Shown here: positions 56,045 through 64,000 of the stretch, piece by piece | How the letters are laid out: each line of letters opens with the position of its first letter | Position numbering within the stretch: the stretch's first letter is position 1 | Assembly: GCF_027451485.1 (NCBI RefSeq) | Contig: NZ_DAIDJE010000175.1 | Coordinates: 1,032-65,031 of the forward strand | DNA: 64,000 nt | Direction of reading: 5' to 3' | DNA from: Bradyrhizobium sp. | GTDB lineage: Bacteria; Pseudomonadota; Alphaproteobacteria; Rhizobiales; Xanthobacteraceae | Notes under the pieces: generated by a model | What the model saw: the letters and a program-made list of their open reading frames with translations, nothing else | Told to the model about the DNA's origin: nothing | Databases searched by the model: none | Position numbers and translations under genes: made by a program

Positions 56045-57295
56045 TCACGGCTGGCGCGCCCGGAAGTTTTCAATCAGGCGCAGCAGAACCCGCGCGCCTG
56101 CGTCGGCATCGGAAGCCTCGACGTGCTCGTCGGGATGATGGCTGATCCCGCCACGGCAGCGCACGAACAGCATCGCAACGTCGGTGACGTCGACCATCGC
56201 CATGCCGTCGTGACCGGCGCCGCTCGGAAGCTCAAAGGCAGAATAGCCTTCCGCCGCCACCGCTTCCGCCAGCTGCGTCTTCAGCCAGGGTGCGCACGGC
56301 ACGGTGCGGTTCTCATGCGTGACGTCGAGCTGCAATTCCAGATTTCGGCGCTTGGCGACCGCCTCGATACGCCTCACCATCTCGGCCACTGAACGGTTGC
56401 GGCGCTCATCCGTCGGCGCGCGCATGTCGATCGTGAAGTGCGCCTGGCCCGGAATCACGTTGGTCGCGCCAGGCGCGGCCTGGATATAGCCGACAGTCCC
56501 GAGCAGCCCGCCGTCGTCCTCGCGGCACAATTGCTCGATCAAAGAAATGCATTCGGCTGCCCCCGCGAGCGCATCGCGCCGCAGCGCCATCGGCACTGTT
56601 CCGGCATGACCTGCCATGCCGGTCAGCCTTGCCGCCAGACGCGTGGCGCCCGCAATCGCACTGACCACGCCAACAGCCAGGTTCCTCGCCTCGAGCACCG
56701 GGCCCTGCTCGATGTGCACTTCGACATAGCCGAGCAACTCGTCGCGAACCCTTGCTGCGGCGCCGATATGGTCGGGGTCGAGACCGAACTGAACGAGCGC
56801 CTCCCGCATCGAGATGCCGGCGGCATCCCTTGTCGAGAGCACGCGCTCATCGAATGTGCCGGCGACAGCGCGGCTGCCGAGCAGCGTCGAGGCAAACCGC
56901 ACGCCCTCCTCGTCGGCAAAACCGATGACCTCGATCGCAAACGGCAATCGTCGCCCGCGCCTGTTGAGCTCGGCGACACACGAGATTGCCGTGATCAGGC
57001 CAAGTGGTCCGTCCCACTTGCCGGCGTCACGCACGGTGTCATAGTGCGAGCCGAGCATCAGGCAAGGCAGGCCGGGATGCTCGCCCTCGTAACGGCCGCA
57101 GACATTCCCGATGGCATCGAGGCGCGCGCTCATGCCGGCCTCAACCATCCAATTCATGATAAGGTCAGCGGCAGCGCGATGCTCGCCTGTCAGAAAGATG
57201 CGCGTCAAGTTGTCAGCCGCCTCGGAGATCGCCGCCAGCCGATGGATACGGGCGACGATCTCATCGCCAAGCGGCGATGTCGGGCGTCCGGCCAT
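56045..57295 (-). CDS. M20-family amidase, hydantoinase/carbamoylase type (allantoate amidohydrolase / N-carbamoyl-L-amino-acid hydrolase-like)
   Basis: Trimmed to ATG 57295 (MAGRPTSPLGDEIVARI...), 1 nt after the DUF3830 stop. GSHYDTV, GPLG, ADEEGVRF metal-site motifs. Confidence 0.8.
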   Translation of the reverse strand: MAGRPTSPLGDEIVARIHRLAAISEAADNLTRIFLTGEHRAAADLIMNWMVEAGMSARLDAIGNVCGRYEGEHPGLPCLMLGSHYDTVRDAGKWDGPLGLITAISCVAELNRRGRRLPFAIEVIGFADEEGVRFASTLLGSRAVAGTFDERVLSTRDAAGISMREALVQFGLDPDHIGAAARVRDELLGYVEVHIEQGPVLEARNLAVGVVSAIAGATRLAARLTGMAGHAGTVPMALRRDALAGAAECISLIEQLCREDDGGLLGTVGYIQAAPGATNVIPGQAHFTIDMRAPTDERRNRSVAEMVRRIEAVAKRRNLELQLDVTHENRTVPCAPWLKTQLAEAVAAEGYSAFELPSGAGHDGMAMVDVTDVAMLFVRCRGGISHHPDEHVEASDADAGARVLLRLIENFRARQP

Positions 57296-57296
57296 T

Positions 57297-57725
57297 TCAG
57301 GCTTCCTCGATGCGAACCTTCTGCGCCCCTTTGTAAAGCACGGTCCTGCCGAGCGTATACAAGTTCTCAAGGCCCGACGTCAGCGTGATGAAATGGTTGC
57401 CGGCGAGCTGGCCCATCTTGCTGGCAAAATGCACCCCGCCATAGGCGAGCAGGATTTCAGTCTCGCTGATGCCGCCGGGATAGAGGATCATCTGGCCCGG
57501 CGCCGGATAGCTGGTGTGGTTCTCATAGCCGACGCCAAAGTCGAGATCGCCGAGCGGCATCCAGACCCCCTCGCCGCTCCAGCGCACATGGATAAACTGG
57601 CTCTCGAACGGCATGGCCTTGCGGAAGGCCGCACAAGTTTTGGGCGCTAACTGCTCCTCAAACCGAGCGTGAAACATAAAGTCGCCGGCGTGGATAATGA
57701 GTTGGCTCATCAAATTGCTCGTCAT
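57297..57725 (-). CDS. DUF3830-family (cyclophilin-like fold) protein
   Basis: 142 aa. FHARFEEQLAPKTCAAFRKAMPF...IHVRWSGEGVWMPLG...YPGGISETEILLAYG matches the DUF3830 pattern I recall. Start is ATG 57725 or 57710. Confidence 0.65.
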   Translation of the reverse strand: MTSNLMSQLIIHAGDFMFHARFEEQLAPKTCAAFRKAMPFESQFIHVRWSGEGVWMPLGDLDFGVGYENHTSYPAPGQMILYPGGISETEILLAYGGVHFASKMGQLAGNHFITLTSGLENLYTLGRTVLYKGAQKVRIEEA

Positions 57726-57993
57726 GACGTTGCAAGAGGGCGTTCCCCATCGATAATCGAATTCGGCGGTTTTTGCTACCGCCCGAGAGCCCGCAAAGCG
57801 GCCGGCCGCGCCGCGGCGAGACGGACATAGAGCTGGTTGCGGTATTTTGTCGATTTTATCGGTCGATAAATTGCGTTAGTCTCGTTGCCAACACCGGTTC
57901 CTCGTCGTCCGAAAAGTGAGATGAGGACATATCGACAGGCCTGACCGCGACAGGTAGGGTCGCGGCCTAAAAAAGGGTTCGGGAGAGACGCTG

Positions 57994-58467
57994 TTGTCGG
58001 AGAAGTTTGTCTGGAAGCGGGACTATTATGCCGGCGGCCTGATGGTGTTGCTCGGCGTCGGGGCCGCGGTGACGGGATCGGGCTACAAGTTCGGCACCCT
58101 TGCCAGAATGGGTCCCGGCTTCATGCCGGTCGTGCTCGGCATCGTTCTCGCCTTTATCGGCGTGCTGATTGCCGGAACTGCACTGGGGTCCCCGGAGCCT
58201 GACAACCAGAAATTTCTGCCGGACAATCCGCAATGGTTCGGCTGGTTCTGCATTCTTGCAGGCCCGATCCTGTTCATCGTGCTCGGCGAATATGGCGGGA
58301 TGATTCCCGCGGTGTTTGCCTGCGTGTTCGTCTCCGCCCTTGGTGACAAGACGGCGACGTACAAGTCGTCGTTCATTCTGGCGTGCGGCGTCACCGTGTT
58401 CGGCGTGCTGCTGTTCCACTACCTGCTGAACATTCCCTTTCCGCTGCTGCGCGGGGTGAACCTGTGA
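57994..58467 (+). CDS. tctB: TctB-family small permease
   Basis: 157 aa from TTG 57994 (GGGAGAG SD 6 nt upstream). 4 hydrophobic segments. GTGA overlap with tctA. Confidence 0.75.
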   Translation: MSEKFVWKRDYYAGGLMVLLGVGAAVTGSGYKFGTLARMGPGFMPVVLGIVLAFIGVLIAGTALGSPEPDNQKFLPDNPQWFGWFCILAGPILFIVLGEYGGMIPAVFACVFVSALGDKTATYKSSFILACGVTVFGVLLFHYLLNIPFPLLRGVNL

Positions 58468-60023
58468 TTTCGACCGCGCTTACCGATCTGTGGTACGGCT
58501 TTGGCGTTGCGCTTGAGCCGCACAACCTGATGTATTGCTTCTTTGGCGTGCTGGTCGGCAATCTCGTCGGCGTGCTGCCGGGCATGGGTCCCGTTGCCAC
58601 GATCTCGATCCTGCTGCCGCTGACGTTTGGCATGCATCCGGTCCCGGCGATCCTGATGCTTTCCGGCGTCTATTACGGCGCGCAATATGGCGGGGCGATC
58701 TGCTCGATCCTGCTCAACCTGCCGTGTCATCCGCCCCACGCGGTGACGTGTCTCGACGGTTTTCCGCTGACCAAGCAGGGCAAGGGCGGCACGGCGCTCG
58801 GCATCACCGTCATCGCGGCCTTCGTTGGTGCCTCCTGGGGCATCACGGAGATGATTTTCCTCGCGCCATTCCTGGTCAAGGTGGCGCTGGAATTCGGCCC
58901 GGCCGAAGTGTGCTCGCTGATGCTGGTAGGCCTGATCGCGGGCTCGACGCTCGCGAAGGGCTCGCCCCTCAAGGGCATTGCCATGACAGTGTTCGGGCTT
59001 CTGCTCGGAATCGTCGGGTCCGACATCGAGACCGGTCAGCCCCGCTTCACGTTCGGCATCACCGAACTGTTCGACGGCATCGAGATCGTCGCGCTGGCGC
59101 TCGGCATGTTCGGCATCGCCGAATTCCTGAACAGCATCAACAATACCGAAGCTGTCGACATGAAATATGCCAATGTCGGCATTTCCGACATGTTCCCGTC
59201 AAAGGCCGATCTCAAGGCGTCGTTCCGGCCGATGCTCCGGGGCACCATTCTGGGCAGCCTCTGCGCCTTGATCCCGGGCACAGGTCCGACCATCGCCTCG
59301 TTCGTGTCCTACGCAACCGAAAAGAAGATCTCGAAAACGCCGGAGCGGTTCGGCCGCGGCGCCATTGAAGGCGTTGCCTGCCCCGAGGCGTCGACGCATT
59401 CCTCCGTGCAGGGTGATTTCATTCCGACCATGAGTCTCGGCATCCCCGGCGACACCGTGATGGCGCTGCTCCTCGGCGCTCTGATCATCCACGGCATCGT
59501 GCCGGGCCCGCAGCTCATCAGCCAGCACGCCGATATCTTCTGGGGCCTGATCGCGAGCTTCTGGATCGGCAATATCCTTCTTGTCATCCTCAACGTGCCG
59601 ATGATCGGCCTGTGGGTGAAGCTGCTCAGCATTCCCTACCGTTACCTCTATCCGAGCGCGATGTTCTTCGTTTGCATCGGCGTCTATGCCGCGGGCAACG
59701 ACATGTTCCAGGTCGGCGAAACGCTGGTCATCGGCGTGGTCGGCTACATCCTGCTGCGACTGGACTTTCACCCCGCGCCCATCCTGCTCGGCTTCGTGCT
59801 CGGGCCGCGCTTCGAGGAAAACTTCCGCCGCAGCCTTCTGATCTCCCGCGGCGACCTGATGACCTTCATCGAGCGCCCGATCAGCGCCTTCTTCCTGTTC
59901 ATCTGCGTCGTGTTGCTGGTCGCGCAGATTTACGTCTGGTTGCGCAAGCCGAAGGTCGTCGCGGAAGAAAGGGCGATCGAGGCAGAGGTCCCGGCGACCG
60001 GATATTCCGAACTGGCGGAATGA
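58464..60023 (+). CDS. tctA: TctA-family large permease
   Basis: Trimmed to GTG 58464 (VISTALTDLWYGFGVALEPHNLMYCFFGVLVG, canonical TctA N-terminus). About 12 hydrophobic segments. Confidence 0.85.
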   Translation: MISTALTDLWYGFGVALEPHNLMYCFFGVLVGNLVGVLPGMGPVATISILLPLTFGMHPVPAILMLSGVYYGAQYGGAICSILLNLPCHPPHAVTCLDGFPLTKQGKGGTALGITVIAAFVGASWGITEMIFLAPFLVKVALEFGPAEVCSLMLVGLIAGSTLAKGSPLKGIAMTVFGLLLGIVGSDIETGQPRFTFGITELFDGIEIVALALGMFGIAEFLNSINNTEAVDMKYANVGISDMFPSKADLKASFRPMLRGTILGSLCALIPGTGPTIASFVSYATEKKISKTPERFGRGAIEGVACPEASTHSSVQGDFIPTMSLGIPGDTVMALLLGALIIHGIVPGPQLISQHADIFWGLIASFWIGNILLVILNVPMIGLWVKLLSIPYRYLYPSAMFFVCIGVYAAGNDMFQVGETLVIGVVGYILLRLDFHPAPILLGFVLGPRFEENFRRSLLISRGDLMTFIERPISAFFLFICVVLLVAQIYVWLRKPKVVAEERAIEAEVPATGYSELAE

Positions 60024-60141
60024 GGGCAGCGTGTGCGGCCGCCCTCCGGCGCTCTCCGCGAGCAGCATTCGGCGTGTTGAGCTTTCCGGCCGATCCGTTG
60101 GTTTTCCCGGCAAGGACGAGTTGGGTTAGGCTGATCGCCGA

Positions 60142-61344
60142 TCAACGCCGTCCATAGCAATGGAATCCGCCATAGATCCCGGAACGATCAAGCGCAAAGC
60201 CGATTGCGCTTCGCTCCTCGTCCCGTCGCCATGTCCGGCGCAACATTGCAAGCTCGTCGCTCTCGATCGGTGACCCCTCGCCCGCGGTGCGAAAGATCAC
60301 ATGGACGTTGTCGCGGCCGGCACGGTCGATCGCGTTCCACAGCGCACGTATCTCGCCGGTCGCCATCCAGTCCTGCGAATCCAGCAGAATGACGGCATCG
60401 ACTTCGCGCGCCGGCAGGCTGTCGAGGAACTGGCGAAGGCTCGCGTGATGCGGAATGATCAATCCCGCGCCATTGCGCATGCGTTCATAGTGACGGCGCT
60501 GCAAATAGGGCGGCAGGCAACTATCGCCCGGGCCGGCGTAGCCACGATGCAGCGCCTGCCACGCAAAGTAATTCGTCTCGTTGGGATGGCCGTCGATCAG
60601 GCGCAACAGACGCTCGTGAAGAACGTCGTTCAAGGGCGCGCCGCGCAGCAAGGCGCGCTGCCGGGGCGGAATGCCCAGGCTGAACAAGAGCGCGGGCGTG
60701 GCCGTGATCATCCGCAGCAGGGGTGAACGAAATGCGCGGTCGAGACGGTCCAGCGCCTCGATGCGCGCTGGCGCGTCCGGACGGCCGCTCAGGAGCAGCG
60801 CGGGATCGATCCCGGCGAGCTTCGCCGCGACATGCGCAAGGCCGATGAAGCGGCCGAGCATGCCATGCCGGTAGAAGCCGTCCGTGAAGTGGGCATAGCG
60901 CGGCCGGCCGATGATGTTGCGCTTGTCCCAATAATTGCGCGCCTGACCGTCCAGCAACGGCCGCAACCGTTCAAGGTAAAGCGCTGAATTGGCGGGCGAG
61001 TTGGCCGCACCGAAGAACTGCCAGAAATCCCGGTAATCAGACAGGGCACGCAGCCCTGCCTGCTTCAGCTTGAGCAGCGCAAGGTGTGCCTGATTGAGAT
61101 CGACCGCGTAAACCTGTGCCGGTTGCGCGACGAGATAGGACAGCGCATTGCACCCGCCGGAGGCGATGGTGACGATGGTCGAGCCGACCGCCAAACGAAG
61201 GGCGGCGAGGTCGGCAACCGGATCTTCCCAGATCTGGGTATAGACCAGCCGACGGAACCAGAAAGCATAGAGCCTGTCCCAAACCGTCGCGTTCTCATCG
61301 CCGCGGCTGTTGCCAACGGCATCTGCGATCAGCTGGCTGTTCAT
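60142..61344 (-). CDS. DUF3419 / BtaA-like S-adenosylmethionine:diacylglycerol 3-amino-3-carboxypropyl transferase family protein
   Basis: 400 aa. VYTQIWEDPVADLAAL, TIASGGCNALSYL, FYRHGMLGRFI, ILLDSQDWM resemble BtaA/DUF3419 as I remember it. No btaB-like methyltransferase adjacent. Confidence 0.65.
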   Translation of the reverse strand: MNSQLIADAVGNSRGDENATVWDRLYAFWFRRLVYTQIWEDPVADLAALRLAVGSTIVTIASGGCNALSYLVAQPAQVYAVDLNQAHLALLKLKQAGLRALSDYRDFWQFFGAANSPANSALYLERLRPLLDGQARNYWDKRNIIGRPRYAHFTDGFYRHGMLGRFIGLAHVAAKLAGIDPALLLSGRPDAPARIEALDRLDRAFRSPLLRMITATPALLFSLGIPPRQRALLRGAPLNDVLHERLLRLIDGHPNETNYFAWQALHRGYAGPGDSCLPPYLQRRHYERMRNGAGLIIPHHASLRQFLDSLPAREVDAVILLDSQDWMATGEIRALWNAIDRAGRDNVHVIFRTAGEGSPIESDELAMLRRTWRRDEERSAIGFALDRSGIYGGFHCYGRR

Positions 61345-61419
61345 GCGAACCCCGAATCAGCGATTCGATCACGATACTGTCGGGTGGCTTCAGTTTTGCG
61401 ACAGCGTCCTGTCTGCAAT

Positions 61420-61530
61420 TTCCATGATGAAGATGGCTAGTACCGCCGATCTGAAGTCCCTGCACCACAAGCGGCGAATTCGATCAGGGACTTCAGATCG
61501 AAAAGCGGTACTAGCCAAGGTTCCATGATG
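61420..61530. mobile_element. MITE-like 91-bp palindromic insertion flanked by 10-bp direct repeats (TTCCATGATG)
   Basis: Direct repeats at 61420-29 and 61521-30. The 28-nt arm at 61435-62 pairs perfectly with 61485-61500 plus 61505-16 (4-nt AAAA bulge). 22-nt loop. Confidence 0.45.
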
Positions 61531-61690
61531 CTCAAATGCTGTCACATCCTTGTCGCGCGAACACCGCAAGGAGAAAACGAATAGAGCGCGGCGAAGGTGG
61601 GCGAATGGCGGCACATTCATTGACGTCCGAAGGAGCCTCTGGCGGCGATGTCCAAGGCGGCATGACCTGCACGAAAGCGCAGAGGTCGCG

Positions 61691-62014
61691 ATGACGGGTT
61701 GGCTCGCCGTACTTGCAGCGGGGTTGTTCGAGATCGCCTGGGCATTCGGCCTGAAATATTCCGACGGCCTCACCCGTTTCTGGCCAACGGTGGCGACGGC
61801 GCTTGCGATCCTGGCGAGCTTTTCGCTGATGGCGTTTGCGCTCCGCTCGCTGCCGTTCGGCACGGCCTATGCCATCTGGACCGGCATCGGCGCCGCCGGG
61901 AGCATCATCGTCGGAATGGTGATCTTCAGCGAGCCGGCGGACCCGGTCCGGATTATCTGCCTGACGCTGATCATAGCCGGAATGGTCGGGCTGAAGCTTA
62001 ATTCACCGGTTTAA
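61691..62014 (+). CDS. sugE: SMR-family small multidrug/guanidinium exporter (SugE/Gdx-like)
   Basis: Trimmed to ATG 61691 (MTGWLAVLAAGLFEIAWAFGLKYS, conserved membrane Glu). 107 aa, 4 TM. AGAGG SD. Confidence 0.85.
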   Translation: MTGWLAVLAAGLFEIAWAFGLKYSDGLTRFWPTVATALAILASFSLMAFALRSLPFGTAYAIWTGIGAAGSIIVGMVIFSEPADPVRIICLTLIIAGMVGLKLNSPV

Positions 62015-63017
62015 GCCTTTTATTCCGGAGAGGCCTCAACCGGCCCCGCCGGCGGCGCAGGCCACGCCACCCCTCGACAATGCCGAACAGGCCGAGCGCA
62101 CATACGAATGGCAGCAAATGGTACATCAGGCGGAACATCAGAAGTGCCGCTACCAGCGGCTCCTTGTCGTGCTTGCCCAAGCCGATCAGGAATGTTGCGT
62201 CGAACACCCCGATTCCCGCCGGGGTGTGGCTGGCAAACCCCAGCAACGTCGCCGCGATGAAAACGGCCGTGATCGGAAATATGCCGATATTCGGTCCCGA
62301 CGGAATCAGAACATACATTGCGAGCGCCGCAGCACCGAGTTCGAAAACCCCGATGGCGATCTGCAGCAGCACCAGCGGGCCCGATGGAAGCCGGACCGGC
62401 CAGCGCCCGGTGCCGATGTTGCGCGGAAACCAGCACCACGCCAGGAAACTTCCGACCCCGAGCAGCAGCGCGACCGCAAGCCATAGATTGACGCTGGGCG
62501 ACAGCAGGTCGACCACGCTCATCGCATCGGGCGCAAAGAACAGCCCGATCCCGAGCGCCGTCAGGTTGCCGAGCCAATAGGTCAGTCCGGTGAGAAAGCA
62601 GATGTTGACGACGTCGAATGCGGTGAGGCCATGGAACGAATAGATCCGATAGCGGATCATCGGCGAGATCAGCGAAACGGCGCCGATGCCGTGGGCGATC
62701 GGGTAGCTGGTGAAGCTGGCCAGTGCGGCAATCCTGTAAGGCAGTTCGCTACGACCGATCGTGCGCAGCGCCAAAACATCATAAAACGTCAAGCCGACAT
62801 AGGACGCCACAACCAGCGTCGCGGCCAGAACGATCAGCGACGTATTCGTGCGGCGGATGACCTCGAATACCTCGCCTGTGTCGATGTTCTTGAGCGTGTG
62901 CGTCAGCGCAAAAATCGCGACCGCTGCGACGGCAATGCTGAGGGTGACGCCGAGCCCCTTCAGTCTGAAGCCGTTCTCGGGCGATTTAATCACCCCAATC
63001 ACCTTCGGTGGGTTCAT
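61998..63017 (-). CDS. UPF0104 / lysyl-phosphatidylglycerol-synthase transmembrane (flippase-like) domain protein
   Basis: About 8 hydrophobic segments. Start uncertain (ATG 63017 MNPPKVIG..., alternatives 63098 and 63110). The 3' end overlaps the sugE 3' end by 17 nt (convergent). Confidence 0.65.
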   Translation of the reverse strand: MNPPKVIGVIKSPENGFRLKGLGVTLSIAVAAVAIFALTHTLKNIDTGEVFEVIRRTNTSLIVLAATLVVASYVGLTFYDVLALRTIGRSELPYRIAALASFTSYPIAHGIGAVSLISPMIRYRIYSFHGLTAFDVVNICFLTGLTYWLGNLTALGIGLFFAPDAMSVVDLLSPSVNLWLAVALLLGVGSFLAWCWFPRNIGTGRWPVRLPSGPLVLLQIAIGVFELGAAALAMYVLIPSGPNIGIFPITAVFIAATLLGFASHTPAGIGVFDATFLIGLGKHDKEPLVAALLMFRLMYHLLPFVCALGLFGIVEGWRGLRRRRGRLRPLRNKRLKPVN

Positions 63018-63298
63018 CCGGCGAGTGCCCAGTTTCCGAAGTTCGTGCTCCGTCGCAGCACCACCTTCACGAATTTCGAAAATGGGCTCCAGGCACATAA
63101 CCTCCAGCATCGTCCATCTGATTCGTGATGGCCGGGACCGTCCATTGCACGCAGATGTGACAAGCGCGTTACCCGACATTTCTGGCCTCAACCGATTCAA
63201 GAAAAGTTGCGCGCAACAACCCATTGCAGACGCAATGTGGTCGCACCGGATTCATGCCTCTTCCCTAAGACGTTGGCGCACGATTCAAATGAGGCAGC

Positions 63299-63520
63299 AT
63301 GAACAACGACAGCGATTTCGATCTCAAGCCGGATCAATGGGAAGGCTTGAAGGCCTTGCGAACCCCCTTCGCTCATTTGCCCGCCGCAGCCCGCTTCGTA
63401 CTCGAAGACCTTGTGGCGCTCGGCCTCGCGACCACAACCGGGCGCATTCCCGCCATAACGGAAAAGGGACGCAGGGTGCTGATCAGGGGTTCATTCAGGC
63501 TGATGGATGCGGCGGCCTGA
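63299..63520 (+). CDS. Small hypothetical protein (73 aa)
   Basis: GAGG SD 5 nt upstream. Protein-like composition (MNNDSDFDLKPDQWEGLKALRTPF...GRIPAITEKGRRVLIRG, possibly a winged-helix fragment). No family recognised. Confidence 0.45.
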   Translation: MNNDSDFDLKPDQWEGLKALRTPFAHLPAAARFVLEDLVALGLATTTGRIPAITEKGRRVLIRGSFRLMDAAA

Positions 63521-63864
63521 CGGGGGCATGCGTTTAAAGCAGCAGCCCATGTGCTTGGCCCTCATCCCCCGCTCTACAAACAGGATGGCTTTGTGACGCG
63601 TCCCGGTTCGGTTAAAAATATGTTAAGAGTCCGCCGTTTGGGCTGATCATTCGCACTGATCGCGAATCGCGCGAGCAGTCCGTACGACACCTTGATTGTT
63701 TGCCCCACGGCCGCGGTCGGAGCCAAAAAGTGTAATCCTTTCCGATTGTTAATGCGCCAACGGCGGACGTTCAAATAAGGTCGCCGGCGGACCCCGGAGG
63801 CGGTTCCTGCGACCGATGGCGGCAGCGGGTCGCCGGCGCCCACATCTCATCTAATGGCAGGTTC

Positions 63865-64000
63865 ATGGACCAACCGATCAAGAATTTTCAGGAAGCCCAC
63901 CCAGTGGGTCCGGCGCAGGCCGCCAGGCCGCGGTCCCGGGGGCGTTCTATCCTGACATCCATCCTGATCTTGCTGGTGGTCGGCGGCATCGTCTGGTGGA
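63865..64000 (+). CDS. Partial CDS (N-terminus only), possibly HlyD/efflux periplasmic adaptor-type membrane-anchored protein
   Basis: ATG 63865: MDQPIKNFQEAHPVGPAQAARPRSRGRSILTSILILLVVGGIVWW. A basic stretch plus a single TM anchor is typical of adaptor N-termini. Runs off the window. Confidence 0.35.
   Translation, partial: MDQPIKNFQEAHPVGPAQAARPRSRGRSILTSILILLVVGGIVWW

Noticed and set aside
61531-61690. Guanidine riboswitch (ykkC, mini-ykkC, guanidine-III) upstream of the SugE/Gdx-like exporter
   Set aside because: Such exporters are often riboswitch-controlled. However, I could not find the conserved elements in the right order: no paired ACGR-tetraloop hairpins, and no CUAGGGUUCCG ... 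GGUCCGAGAG ... ACACGGCGGGA series. An Infernal scan is needed to be sure.
63574-63843. 89-aa minus-strand ORF in the AT-richer intergenic region before the terminal partial gene
   Set aside because: It has no SD and no protein-like features. The region looks like promoter/operator DNA (it contains ATTCGC-N7-GCGAAT at 63649-63667) for the downstream adaptor-like gene.
1-64000. CRISPR arrays, rRNA and tRNA genes
   Set aside because: No regularly spaced direct repeats were found beyond a single 2 x 24-bp tandem. No T-loop-like GGTTCGAnnCC context was seen in any intergenic region, and no rRNA-like conserved stretches. I scanned by eye only.

Overview
64-kb high-GC chromosomal segment that reads like a Bradyrhizobium/Nitrobacteraceae (alpha-proteobacterial) genome. 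It carries the narK-bjgb-flp-nasC nitrate-assimilation/NO-detoxification operon known from Bradyrhizobium, many REP-like palindromes, and mostly catabolic and transport genes. I support about 55 protein-coding genes. Most ORF-track entries are GC-rich shadow frames or over-extended starts, which I trimmed. I see no rRNA, tRNA, CRISPR array, transposase or integrase. Gene blocks from left to right: (a) oxidative sugar-acid module (IlvD-family dehydratase, Udh-like dehydrogenase, lactonase, aldehyde dehydrogenase); (b) orphan AceE-like E1 plus Lrp; (c) DMT transporter and aldo-keto reductase; (d) narK-bjgb-flp-nasC; (e) intradiol dioxygenase, serine hydrolase, ccdA; (f) a ~3.9-kb low-GC islet with a PraR-like XRE regulator, a Cys-rich mini-lipoprotein and a 785-aa membrane-anchored DUF2235/Tle1-like hydrolase; (g) crotonase and a marR-MFS operon; (h) tartrate-DH-like, ADH and CoA-transferase genes; (i) an orphan glucan-type cluster (glgA paralog, MFS, secreted PRC-barrel protein, GDE-like glucosidase, ABC exporter, GT4); (j) a livKHMGF-type importer; (k) an IorAB-type Mo-hydroxylase; (l) a truncated Sox-like module soxF-X-Y'-Z-A whose SoxY-like carrier ends in AACTEDVI instead of GGCGG; (m) PrpD-like, TctCBA, M20 amidase and DUF3830 genes; (n) a BtaA-like lipid gene, an SMR exporter and an MprF-flippase-like membrane protein. 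Best candidates for something not yet described: (1) the SoxB/SoxCD-less Sox-like module with the altered carrier arm; (2) the low-GC DUF2235 islet; (3) the glgA-GDE-GT4-ABC cluster. Non-coding items of interest are a candidate sRNA near 20.5 kb, a 91-bp MITE-like palindrome with 10-bp direct repeats at 61.4 kb, a ~275-nt dispersed repeat in two copies, and a GACATTCG-core palindrome family. All functional calls come from reading the translations and from remembered family motifs. No database search was possible.
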